Below, piece after piece: positions 27,273 to 36,598 of a stretch of 64,000 nt of DNA. The notes beneath the pieces are model-generated. The model saw only the letters and a program-made list of their open reading frames with translations, was not told where the DNA came from and did no database searches. The stretch's first letter is position 1; each line of letters begins with the position of its first letter. The position numbers and the translations under genes are program-made. The stretch is taken from IMG/VR virus record IMGVR_UViG_3300009455_000007. One strand, written 5' to 3'. The stretch is from an uncultured virus (IMG/VR IMGVR_UViG_3300009455_000007) (lineage: Duplodnaviria; Heunggongvirae; Uroviricota; Caudoviricetes).

Positions 27273-28181
27273 TTAGCTCCAGACCGTTTCGATGGTGCCC
27301 ACCAACGGGGCAGAGGCGAGCGAGCCGTTCGACCCCTGCCCGATGAAGCCCAGGAACGCGCCGTCCTTGATCTCGACCATGCCGCCGCGCAGCCGCATGG
27401 CTTCGCGCTCGGTGGCGCCGCCGAACGACTCCAACGTGCCGGTCGTGGTGCGCCGGGACGCCTCCATGACGTAGTGCGTATCCAGCGGGCGCACGATGAC
27501 CAGCGCGCACAGTCCGCCGTTGGCGACGCTGAAGTTGCAGGACACGATCGACTTGACGCCCTTCACGCCCGCCGCGAGCGGCAGGAACGGTGCGACGCCG
27601 GCGGCAGCGCCGACCGCGCAGGTCAGTGCGCCTGCCGGCTGCGCGGCCGCGCAATACAGGCTCGGCGTGGTGTACTCCACGTCGTCGTTTCCGACGTAGG
27701 TCACGGTGAACCGCCCGCCGCCGATGGTGGGCGACTGCGCGACCATCATGATCCGCGTGCCGATGCCGTCGGTGTACCGCGGCAGGCTTTCGGCCTGCAC
27801 CATGAACTGGTCTTCGCCCGCCGCGTCCATGTCGACGAAGGGGTAGTACAGCAGGTAGTCGAGCAGTACCAGCGGCTGGTTGTCCGACGTGACGCTGGTC
27901 GCGGACGCCGCGACCGCCATCGCCGTGATGCGGTGGATGTACTGCTTCTGCCCTGCGGCCATGCGCGGCACGATGATGCCCTTGTCCGCTTCCAGCACCG
28001 CCGCTTCCAAGGGGCTCGCGGCGTAGTAGTTCGGGATCGGGTTCCCTGCCGCGTAGGCGTAGTCGAACCACTGCCCGGCAACGGTCGCCGACACCGCCGG
28101 CACCTTGCGGAAGGTGCTGATCCAGTGGGTGCCGTTGTCGGTCAAGGCCTCGGCCAGTGCGCGCACGTTCTGGAAGCTCAT
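27273..28181 (-). CDS. virion structural protein
   Basis: 302-aa ORF; LPRYTDG.G, PFLPLAAG. Confidence 0.75.
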   Translation of the reverse strand: MSFQNVRALAEALTDNGTHWISTFRKVPAVSATVAGQWFDYAYAAGNPIPNYYAASPLEAAVLEADKGIIVPRMAAGQKQYIHRITAMAVAASATSVTSDNQPLVLLDYLLYYPFVDMDAAGEDQFMVQAESLPRYTDGIGTRIMMVAQSPTIGGGRFTVTYVGNDDVEYTTPSLYCAAAQPAGALTCAVGAAAGVAPFLPLAAGVKGVKSIVSCNFSVANGGLCALVIVRPLDTHYVMEASRRTTTGTLESFGGATEREAMRLRGGMVEIKDGAFLGFIGQGSNGSLASAPLVGTIETVWS

Positions 28182-28390
28182 GTCCGCACCGCCCCCGCGC
28201 CGTGCAGCGCGCTGGACATGCTGCCCACCAGCGGCCGCAGCTCGCCGGTCTCGAGGCTGAGGCTGTGCGTGACCTGGCCGTTCGGCGCAACCACGGCCAG
28301 GTTCCCGGTCACGCTGACGCCCAGCCGCCAGTCACCCGGCAGGGTGCCCAGCGACTGGATCACGTCGGCGATGGCCAGGGTGCGGGCCAT
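28178..28390 (-). CDS. small hypothetical protein
   Basis: Coupled at both ends (MARTLAIAD..). Confidence 0.55.
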   Translation of the reverse strand: MARTLAIADVIQSLGTLPGDWRLGVSVTGNLAVVAPNGQVTHSLSLETGELRPLVGSMSSALHGAGAVRT

Positions 28391-28791
28391 CAGTCCTCGC
28401 TGATCTGCAGCGCGCCGATCGAGAACTGCGGCTGGATCAGGTTCGCCACGGCCAGCGACGCGTTCAGCGCACCCGAGTACAGGATCTGGGTCGATCCGTT
28501 CGGGGTGATGCTGACGTGGGTGATCGTGTTGGTGCCGCCGGTGCACTGCGGGAACTGCAGCAGGATCGCGTTGCTGATCGGGTTGGTGCCGGACCAGTCG
28601 GTGCCGTTGCGGTCGACGGTTACCGGCGCGTAGCCGGTGTAGGTCGCCTGGCTGGTGGCCGAGGTGCCCGCTTCGCCCGGATCGGCGACGTGGAGGTGGA
28701 TGTCCAGCTCGGTGGCGGCGTCCCACGGCAGCGCCGTGGCCTTGAACACCTTGGCCAGCATGTCGGTTTCGGTGGCGTTACTCTTACTCAT
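28390..28791 (-). CDS. tail fibre / structural protein
   Basis: LH.ADPGEAG..ATYTGYA..FPQCT motif common in phage structural proteins. Confidence 0.75.
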   Translation of the reverse strand: MSKSNATETDMLAKVFKATALPWDAATELDIHLHVADPGEAGTSATSQATYTGYAPVTVDRNGTDWSGTNPISNAILLQFPQCTGGTNTITHVSITPNGSTQILYSGALNASLAVANLIQPQFSIGALQISED

Positions 28792-28812
28792 CGTCTGGCC
28801 TCGGTGCGTGAA

Positions 28813-29229
28813 TTAGCGCGTGGTCTCGCCGAGCACGGTGATGGAACCGGCGACGAGTGGGATGACGTACTCGGGGGGCCCGTCCTGGTAGACCTCCAGG
28901 GCGAAAGCATACTTGATCCGCTTGACGTTGGACGGGTTAAGGGCCGTGTGTCCGTCCGGCGGAATGGTGATGGTCACGCGGTTTGCCACCGTGCCGCCAG
29001 GTGGGATGTCGATCACCAGGATCGGGTCGGCATCGGTGGTGTCGGCTTCAAGCAGCAGCGTGGAAGCAGTCGTCAGACCGTACTTGCCAGCGACGGTGCG
29101 GACCTGCATGCGGGCTTCGTAGCCGGTCAGGTCGATGGGGTCGCCAGCCGAGTCGGTGTACTCGAAGCTGTCCTCGACGGTCGCTCCGCGCACCCACGTC
29201 ATCGAGTAGTTGGCAGGAGTGCGGCTCAT
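28813..29229 (-). CDS. fibre adaptor-like (BppU-like) protein
   Basis: GAT..PIDLTGY.ARMQVR..G.I.V..E.TR. Confidence 0.7.
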   Translation of the reverse strand: MSRTPANYSMTWVRGATVEDSFEYTDSAGDPIDLTGYEARMQVRTVAGKYGLTTASTLLLEADTTDADPILVIDIPPGGTVANRVTITIPPDGHTALNPSNVKRIKYAFALEVYQDGPPEYVIPLVAGSITVLGETTR

Positions 29230-29474
29230 CGGTCAGGCGCCCTCTGGCGTTTGTCGGCGAAGTATACCCTCTGGTGCGCCGCGGGGCGCGCGCGCAGGTT
29301 GGCTTCGTGGCGTATCGAGCGGGCGACCAGGTAGTCCAGCAGCTCCTTGCGGGTGTTGTGCCCGGCCTGCAGGCCGTCGCGGATGCTGTGCCGGCCGTAC
29401 GCGGTGAACTCGGCGGCCACCTGGGCCAAGGTGACTGTCTCGCCGTCGAGGAGGTAGCCGGGGGAGCGGGGCAT
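29226..29474 (-). CDS. small hypothetical protein
   Basis: AGGA SD, coupled to next gene. Confidence 0.55.
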   Translation of the reverse strand: MPRSPGYLLDGETVTLAQVAAEFTAYGRHSIRDGLQAGHNTRKELLDYLVARSIRHEANLRARPAAHQRVYFADKRQRAPDR

Positions 29475-29483
29475 CGAGGATCC

Positions 29484-32400
29484 TTAGAAGTAGCGTGCGA
29501 AGGGGAGGGAGCGGTCGATGACGCGGCCGGCGTCGATAGCCTCATCACCCACGACGAAGCGGGAGGCGAGCCAGGCGTGCTCCATGGTCGGGCCGATCAA
29601 GCTGGAGCCAGGCAGCAGGCCGCGTTCCAGGTCGGTCATGGCGTCGGCGCCGAAGCTGCCGGAGCCGAGGATGCCCGAGCGCATGACGCCGTAGTTGAGG
29701 ATGTCCACCAGGCCGCCGTCACCGATCGGCTGGCCGGTCAGCATGCTCTTGGTCAGGCCCGAGGCGATAGTCACCGGCACGTAGGCGGCCAGGATCGCCG
29801 CCGGCATCATCTGGCCGTGCTCGAACTCGTTGTTCACGCGCGAGAGGATCGTCTTCTGGAAGGAGAAGGCGAACTGCTTGAGGTGGGCGACCAGCATCCA
29901 GTGCGGGTCGGACATCCACACCGGGCGCTGGGCAGCGTTCGGGCGGAGCACGGCGCCGTCGACGAAGCGGAAGAGGGCGTCTTGCACCTTCAGCTCACGG
30001 GCAGCTGCCTGCTTCTTGCTCGCGCCCAGGGCGATCATCTGTTCGGCGGTCACCGCCAGGCGGCCATCCGGCTTGACCATGACGTCGCTCGGCTCCAGGC
30101 CCAGCTCGTTCATGAAGCGGGTGTTGCCCACCTCGCGCTGGATGAAGCGCTCGCCAGCCACCATGGCGCTGATGCGCATGGAGCGGTTCCAGCTCTCCAT
30201 GCCGTTCCACTTGAAGAACTTCCGGTTGATGTTGCGCGCGTACTGGCTCATGAAGGCACCGGCGTGTGCCTGGCCCATAGCCTCCAGCATGTTCTGCTCG
30301 TCGATCAGGCCGATGGTCTTGGCCATGGCCTCGTCGTAGTCCGGCTGCTCCCCCTTCTTGCGGCGTACGGCCTTGGCAAAGTCACCCATGCCGCGCTTGA
30401 ACGCGTTCCAGGCCTCGATGGACGACTGCGCGCGCAGGCCGACGCCGAGGGCGTCGATGAACTGGCTGAAGATCGTCAGCGGCAGCAGGATGATGTTCTC
30501 GGTGGTGATCGCCGCGGACATCAGGTCCTTCATGCGCGGGTTGACGTCGGCGCCCAAGGTGCCGACCAGGCCCTTGACCGTGTTGGTCATCGCGGCGATC
30601 TGCTTGCCGTCGAGGTACTTGGCCGCCTCCTGGATCTTGTCGTCGATCACCTTGCCGTCGTTGCCGAAGTCACGGGCGAATTCGGCGCGGTGCGTCGCCT
30701 GGAAGATATAGCCGGTCAGCACGTCGGCCAGGTCATCGTTCTGGAACTTGGCGAACTCGGCCGCGTTGCCCTCGTTGATGAAGGACAGCTGGCGCTCGTT
30801 GACCGCGGCCGAGAACGGCGTGTAGCCGATGTGGTACTGGTTGCCCGAGAGCTGATCGTGATCGTCGCCGTGGCTGATCGACTTGATGATGGCGGCCTGC
30901 TGCTCGAGCCCCACGTTGCCGTGCAGCTGCAGCAGCGCCTTGAACTCGGCCTCGTTGTTGAGGATCTTGTTCGCGTCCCACTTGCGCGGGAAGTAGTTCT
31001 TGATCTTGCCCAGGTCCTTCCAGACGATCTGGCCGTCCTCCATCTCCGCGCGCTTCACGCCGGCCTCGACCATGTAGGCGTGCAGGTCGTCCAGGATCGC
31101 GCGGACCTGCTTCTCCAGCGGCGTGGAGGGGGCCTTCATGGACTGCAGGTTGCGCAGCGCCTGGGCGCGCTCGGTAGCGGTTGTGTTGTCGAACAGGCTG
31201 CTGACCTTGTTGAGGTACTGGGCGGCCAGCTTGGAGCGGCGCTGCAGGAAGCGCAGGCCGCCCTGCTCGCGACCAGGCTCGGTGGCGAACATGTCGGCCA
31301 GCTCGTCGGCCGCGGCCACGCCGAAGTCGCGCAGGCGGTCGGTGGCGACGAGCATCAGCTTGTCGGACACGTCGGCCAGCGGGCCGGCGATGCGGCGCGC
31401 CTTGTCGGTGAAGGTGTCCAGCTTCATGTCCTGGATCACGGCACCGACGATGTTGCGGTCGGCGAACTTGCCCTCGTACAGGGCCTCCAGGACCGCCTCG
31501 GCCTTCTCGCTCTCGCTCAGCACGCTGAGCAGGCCGCGGATCCAATCGGCGAGCTTCTCCAGCGCGTTGCGCGCGGCCTTGTCGTTGACCTTGAAGATCG
31601 GCTTGCCCAGGTACTTGCCCACGGCCCAGAACTGGAACATGTAGGCGACGCGCTCCTCGGGGTCGGCCTCGATCTGCTTGAGCGCCTCGGGGTGGTTCTT
31701 GAGCAGCTCCTTGAGTTGAGCCCGCACGTGCGGCATCTCGCCGGCCTTGAACAGTGCCTTGCGCAGGTCGCGCCCTTCGGGGCTGGCCTGCAGGCCGGCG
31801 ATGAAGTCGTGCAGTGCCTCGTGGTAGGCCACGCCCAGCGGGTCGACGGCGCTGATGGCGATCTTGATCGCGCGCTGCGCCTCGGTGTACTCGCCCGAGG
31901 CACCATCGATCTCGCCCTTGGGGACGAAGAACAGGTGCTGCTTGCGCCGGGTGTTCCGCAGGCCGGTGATCCGGGTGATCTCGGCCATGATGTCGTTCTT
32001 CAGCTTCTTGCTGATGCCGATGCCCGAGGTCTTGGTCGACTGGCTGCTGAAGCGGTAGCGATAGCGTGCGGCGTTGATCCGGCCCTGGGCCAGCGCCGGC
32101 GACACGTCGTTGCCCTGGCTGAGGATCGTCCACTCGTCGCGGCCGATGCCGCGCTGGATGATGATCTGCCCGGCGCGAGCGTTGCGGTCGACGGCGTCGA
32201 CGCCCTCCAGCTCCTCGATGGTGCCGTCGCGGTCGATCAGCAGGCGGGTCTGGCCGGCGGCCTTCTCGTCACGCGAACGGTTGATCGCCTCGATGCTGGC
32301 GGAGCTATCACCCGAGCCGTTGTTCTCGTAGTAGGGCTCCTGGAGGCTGTTCTTCTTGCGGCCGCCCGGCCCCGATCCGCCCACGGTCCTCTGCAGGTGC

Positions 32401-35400
32401 TTGGACGCGGCGACCTCGGCCGCCTCGATCGAGTCGAAGGTGCCGAGCTCCTGCGGAGGGTTGTCCTTGTAGAACTGCTCTTCCTTTTCCTCGGCGAGGG
32501 TACGCTTCTTCTTGCGACCACCCTTCGGCGGCGTCGGCGGCTTGGGCTTCCCGGACAGCTCCCAGGCTGCCAGCCATGCGCGCGCGAGCACGGCTTCGTC
32601 CGTAGACTTGGCCTTCTCTTCCGCCGCCTTGCGCTGCTCGATCCAGGCCAGCGCATCTTCGTTCTTCTGCTGCTCGGTCGCCTGCGCCTGGCGCACGGTG
32701 TCGCGGCGCGCGCGGGCATTAGCAATCATGCGCCCGCCGATCTGCTTGGCCAGCGTGTCGGTGCTCGTGCTCGACATCTTCTCGTAGCGGCGGGTCAGGT
32801 CTTCCTTCTTGGCCCGGGACGCCTCGGTGTACTGGAAGATCGCCTTCATGGCCGCGGCGAACTTGACCGGGTCCTTCGTGGTCGGGAAGTCGTTGTCGAC
32901 GAAGTAGTCCTTCACCGCCTTGGCGACGTACTGCGCCAAGCGCGCTTTCTGCAGAGCGAGGGACTCGTACGCACGCAGCGCCTGGGCGCGAATATCCGCC
33001 TGCGCCTTGGGCGTGGAGCTGAACTGGTCTTCCTTGCCGTGCAGCTGCTCGCCGAAGTCGCCGAAGTTGCGAATCTCGTCCAGGGTTTCGACGTCAGTGC
33101 GGTGGTCGACGCCAGCGGTGTCGCCGAAGCTGGACTCGGCCTGGAGGTTGCGCAGGTCGTCGCGCACGCTGTCGGTGGCCTGGCGGTACTCGTCGCGCAG
33201 CGCCTTCATGGCGGTGTTACCCATGCCCAAGCGTGCACGCATGGCCAGCTGCAGCGGCTCGGACAGCACGTTGTCCATGACGATCTGGTTGTAGGCCTTG
33301 AACGCCGCGGACCAGATTTCGCGGGACTCCTCCTTGGTCTTGCCGTTCGCGGCGGCCGCGGCGGCCTTCTTGATGTCCTTCATCTTGGACTTCGCGGCCG
33401 GCGAGCGTACTTCCGCCTCGATGCGGTCCTCGAGCTTCTGCTTAGCCAGCTCGGTGGGCGCGGAGAACTGGATCGCCTCGCTGAAGACCCGCGCACGCGC
33501 GTCCATCCGCGCCAGCACTTCCTTGATGCTCTCGAGCATGTCCGGCGTCTGGTCGTCCTGGTACTCGTCCATCAGCTCTTCGAGCTCAGCCTTGTCGGCC
33601 TCCAGCGCCTTGCGCTCGGTCTTGACGATGTCGCGCGCCGCGGCCATGGCCTCTTCGATGGCCGCGGTACCCTTGACGGTGACCTCGCGGCCGAGCGTCT
33701 GGCCGGTGTCGACGTCGATGATCAGGCCTCCATTGAGGCCCTCGAAGCGCGTGATCGTTTTGTCGGAGGTCGCCAGGTCGCCCAGCGCCTCAGTCAGCAG
33801 GCGCTGGGTGTATACGTCGTCGCGTTCGCCAGTGGACTGCGTGGTCTCGCGCGCACCCTTGAGCAGCGTGGCAGCCGACAGCTCGTACGGGCGCTCGACG
33901 CCGTTGGGCTGCATGCGGTAGACCTTGAACAGCGATCCCTTCAGGCGCTCGAGGGTCTTGGTGTTCTTCTTCTGGTTCGGCCCCGGGCGCGTGTCGATCG
34001 TGCGCGTCTGTTGCACACCTTTGCGGCCGGCAACGTACAGCTCCGGCGCGGTACGCCCAGTGTTGCCCGAGATAGCACTCTTCTCGGAGCGGATCACCTG
34101 CAGCTCGCGGGAGAGCGCTTCGACCACCTCGGGCTGCTCGATCAGCGGCTTCTCCGGATCGTAGCCGGCATTCTCGATCTTGGCCGTGGTCAGGCCGCGG
34201 AGCTTCACCCGGCCATCGATGTCGGCCAGCTCCTTCTCCTGGGCGGGCGTCAGCGCCTGACCGGCCCTGAGTGCGGCGCCCGCCTTCTGCTTGCGCTGGT
34301 CGTCCTGCTTGTCCTGCTTGTTCTTGGCGTCGATGAAGCGCTGCACGTACTGCGCAGTCTGGTCCAGGCTCAGCTCGCGCTCCTTGGCCACGTCGGCCAG
34401 GGTGACGAGGCGCGAGCGCACGCTGCGGTCCTGCGCGTTGCGCGTGCGCAGGCTGTGCGCCAGCTGGGAGCGCTTGGTCGTCTTGCCGTCGATCAGGCGC
34501 GGGGCGAAGAACGGCGTGTCGCCGTCAGCGCCGTCGAACTCGTAGGACACGCCGGCCAGCCTCTCGCGCTCGCCGATGGCCTCCTGGCGCGCGTCGAGCT
34601 GGGTCTGCGGCCCTTCCTCGGCATCCTCGGGTACCGCGGCGTCCATCCGCAGGTCGTCGCCCTCGGGCTCCGCGTCGTTCTTCGGGCGCTTGAGGAAGTT
34701 CACCTGCAGCTTGTAGTGGCGCAGCATGGTCTTGGCGGCCTGCTTCGACCCGAAAGCTTGGCGCAGCAGGGCCATCTCGCGGCTGCCGGGCTCCTCGCCC
34801 TTGATGGCCATGCGGTCGATCATGCGGCCGAGCATCTGGCGGGTCTCAGGCTTGGCCAGCCCCCGGAAGACCGGCGTCAGGTTCTGGCTCAACCAGCTGT
34901 TCTCGTCCTTGGCCTCGGTCTGCGCGCGCGTGGCGTCCTCGTAGACACGAGTCAGGCTCTTGGGGATGACCTTCTTCATGTCGCCGAACATGGGCTCACC
35001 GCCCCGTGCCAGCTTCTGCATCAGGTCGTGCACTTCGACGCCGTAGTCGTCCATCTCGTCGAGCCGGCGGAACAGCTGCACCATCGGAGCCAGCCGGTCG
35101 CGTACGCCCTTCTCGAACTGGAACTCCGGCTTCAGCTCCTTGAACAGCGCTTCGACCAGGGCGGGTTCTTCCGCCGGGTCCATGGCGTTCTTCTTGCCCT
35201 CGCCCATCTTGGCCTTGGCGGCGGCGAACTGCTCCTTGCCGAACTTGATCGCCTCATCCAGCGCGACGATGCCCTTGGCAGCCACGAACTTCGTCGCGCG
35301 CGCGGCCTGGTAGCCGGCAGCATGGCCGAGGATCTGGGCATCGTCTTCCGGCGTCGGGTCCGGCGACAGGACGCGTGCGGCCATGGCGCGTAGCTCGTCC

Positions 35401-36596
35401 GGCGCCTTCGGGTCGTTGAGGATGTTCTGCGCAGCCTTGGCGCGCAGCGTCGGCGCGTTGGCTTCCTGATCGGCCAGCGCCGCGGCGACTTCGGCCGGGT
35501 CGGTCGACTTCATGCGCGGGTCTTCCGGCACGATTGGGTCGGGCCCGGTAGCGCGGCGGTTGAGTTCGTTGACCACGTCCTCGTCGGACATGTTCTGGAA
35601 GTCGAAGTCTTCGATGGTCTGGTCGGCCCGCTGACGCAAACCCGCCATGCCTTCGGCCGTTCCTTCGACTGCGCCCTTGGCGGCGTCAACCGCCTTGCCG
35701 GCGGCGTCCTTGCCGGCCTTGCCCGCCTTGGCCAGCGCGTCGGCTGCCAGCTGGGTGCCGGCAGTCGGCAAGCTGATGCCGCCGCCACCGATAGCGCCCG
35801 CCGCAGAGGCGTCTAGCACACGCTGGCGGTTCTCCGGCGTGTCCAGGGTCGGGAGCGCTGCAGCCAGGCTGCCCTGGCGCAGAGTCTCTTGGGCCAGCAA
35901 GCCGCCGGTCTCCTGAGCCGCTTCGGTCGCGCCTTCGGTGACCATGGACTGACCGATGGTGCGCAGTGGGCTGGCGCCCGTGCGAAACAGCCCTTTGGAC
36001 AGCATGGCGGGGACGATCGATTCGAGCGCCGCATTGCCCAGGGCCTTGTTCCGTGCCAGCTCAGCGCGGCGTTCGACGTCCATAGCCGCGAGCTGCGGGT
36101 CCTGGTACTGGTTGAGGATCGCCTCGCCCTGCTCCATCTGGTACGCCGGCACTGCTGCGCCGAGGTAGGAGCTAGCGCCGGCCAAGCGGCCTGCGCCGGT
36201 TCGCGCCGCCAACGCACCGAGCATCACGGGCGCCATGGTCGCTGCGGCCTGGCCGAGGTGGCCGCCAACGAACGTACCAGCGTCGCTGAGGCTGTTGATG
36301 TCGCGCAGGGAGCTGACGGCAGGCCCGACCTGGGCTGCGCGCTGGGCATTGGTGGTGGCCTGGCCCAGGAGGCGCTGGAATTCGACATCGTCACCGGCGC
36401 GTTCGGCCGTCTGCGCCTCGTCGGCGTAGCTACCGGCCGTGATGCCGTAACCGCCGGCAGCGAAGCCGCGCTCCAGAGCGCTCATGCGCGCGGTGCGTTC
36501 GGCGTTCTCCAGCAGCAGTTCTTCGTCGGTCGGGCCTGCTGTAGCGAAGCTACGCAGTCGACTACGGCTACGGTTCCCCGTCAGCGGCTCTGCCAT
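29484..36596 (-). CDS. very large internal virion / ejection protein
   Basis: 2370-aa ORF with strong codon bias, last of three large helical genes; HEALH motif. Confidence 0.8.
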   Translation of the reverse strand: MAEPLTGNRSRSRLRSFATAGPTDEELLLENAERTARMSALERGFAAGGYGITAGSYADEAQTAERAGDDVEFQRLLGQATTNAQRAAQVGPAVSSLRDINSLSDAGTFVGGHLGQAAATMAPVMLGALAARTGAGRLAGASSYLGAAVPAYQMEQGEAILNQYQDPQLAAMDVERRAELARNKALGNAALESIVPAMLSKGLFRTGASPLRTIGQSMVTEGATEAAQETGGLLAQETLRQGSLAAALPTLDTPENRQRVLDASAAGAIGGGGISLPTAGTQLAADALAKAGKAGKDAAGKAVDAAKGAVEGTAEGMAGLRQRADQTIEDFDFQNMSDEDVVNELNRRATGPDPIVPEDPRMKSTDPAEVAAALADQEANAPTLRAKAAQNILNDPKAPDELRAMAARVLSPDPTPEDDAQILGHAAGYQAARATKFVAAKGIVALDEAIKFGKEQFAAAKAKMGEGKKNAMDPAEEPALVEALFKELKPEFQFEKGVRDRLAPMVQLFRRLDEMDDYGVEVHDLMQKLARGGEPMFGDMKKVIPKSLTRVYEDATRAQTEAKDENSWLSQNLTPVFRGLAKPETRQMLGRMIDRMAIKGEEPGSREMALLRQAFGSKQAAKTMLRHYKLQVNFLKRPKNDAEPEGDDLRMDAAVPEDAEEGPQTQLDARQEAIGERERLAGVSYEFDGADGDTPFFAPRLIDGKTTKRSQLAHSLRTRNAQDRSVRSRLVTLADVAKERELSLDQTAQYVQRFIDAKNKQDKQDDQRKQKAGAALRAGQALTPAQEKELADIDGRVKLRGLTTAKIENAGYDPEKPLIEQPEVVEALSRELQVIRSEKSAISGNTGRTAPELYVAGRKGVQQTRTIDTRPGPNQKKNTKTLERLKGSLFKVYRMQPNGVERPYELSAATLLKGARETTQSTGERDDVYTQRLLTEALGDLATSDKTITRFEGLNGGLIIDVDTGQTLGREVTVKGTAAIEEAMAAARDIVKTERKALEADKAELEELMDEYQDDQTPDMLESIKEVLARMDARARVFSEAIQFSAPTELAKQKLEDRIEAEVRSPAAKSKMKDIKKAAAAAANGKTKEESREIWSAAFKAYNQIVMDNVLSEPLQLAMRARLGMGNTAMKALRDEYRQATDSVRDDLRNLQAESSFGDTAGVDHRTDVETLDEIRNFGDFGEQLHGKEDQFSSTPKAQADIRAQALRAYESLALQKARLAQYVAKAVKDYFVDNDFPTTKDPVKFAAAMKAIFQYTEASRAKKEDLTRRYEKMSSTSTDTLAKQIGGRMIANARARRDTVRQAQATEQQKNEDALAWIEQRKAAEEKAKSTDEAVLARAWLAAWELSGKPKPPTPPKGGRKKKRTLAEEKEEQFYKDNPPQELGTFDSIEAAEVAASKHLQRTVGGSGPGGRKKNSLQEPYYENNGSGDSSASIEAINRSRDEKAAGQTRLLIDRDGTIEELEGVDAVDRNARAGQIIIQRGIGRDEWTILSQGNDVSPALAQGRINAARYRYRFSSQSTKTSGIGISKKLKNDIMAEITRITGLRNTRRKQHLFFVPKGEIDGASGEYTEAQRAIKIAISAVDPLGVAYHEALHDFIAGLQASPEGRDLRKALFKAGEMPHVRAQLKELLKNHPEALKQIEADPEERVAYMFQFWAVGKYLGKPIFKVNDKAARNALEKLADWIRGLLSVLSESEKAEAVLEALYEGKFADRNIVGAVIQDMKLDTFTDKARRIAGPLADVSDKLMLVATDRLRDFGVAAADELADMFATEPGREQGGLRFLQRRSKLAAQYLNKVSSLFDNTTATERAQALRNLQSMKAPSTPLEKQVRAILDDLHAYMVEAGVKRAEMEDGQIVWKDLGKIKNYFPRKWDANKILNNEAEFKALLQLHGNVGLEQQAAIIKSISHGDDHDQLSGNQYHIGYTPFSAAVNERQLSFINEGNAAEFAKFQNDDLADVLTGYIFQATHRAEFARDFGNDGKVIDDKIQEAAKYLDGKQIAAMTNTVKGLVGTLGADVNPRMKDLMSAAITTENIILLPLTIFSQFIDALGVGLRAQSSIEAWNAFKRGMGDFAKAVRRKKGEQPDYDEAMAKTIGLIDEQNMLEAMGQAHAGAFMSQYARNINRKFFKWNGMESWNRSMRISAMVAGERFIQREVGNTRFMNELGLEPSDVMVKPDGRLAVTAEQMIALGASKKQAAARELKVQDALFRFVDGAVLRPNAAQRPVWMSDPHWMLVAHLKQFAFSFQKTILSRVNNEFEHGQMMPAAILAAYVPVTIASGLTKSMLTGQPIGDGGLVDILNYGVMRSGILGSGSFGADAMTDLERGLLPGSSLIGPTMEHAWLASRFVVGDEAIDAGRVIDRSLPFARYF

Positions 36597-36598
36597 CG

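Noticed and set aside
28983..35393. 2136-aa plus-strand ORF and other long antisense ORFs
   Set aside because: Shadow frames of GC3-rich minus-strand genes, with no motifs or SD.
29484..36596. N4-type virion RNA polymerase
   Set aside because: No recognisable T7-like polymerase motifs and shorter than N4 vRNAP; a profile search is still needed.
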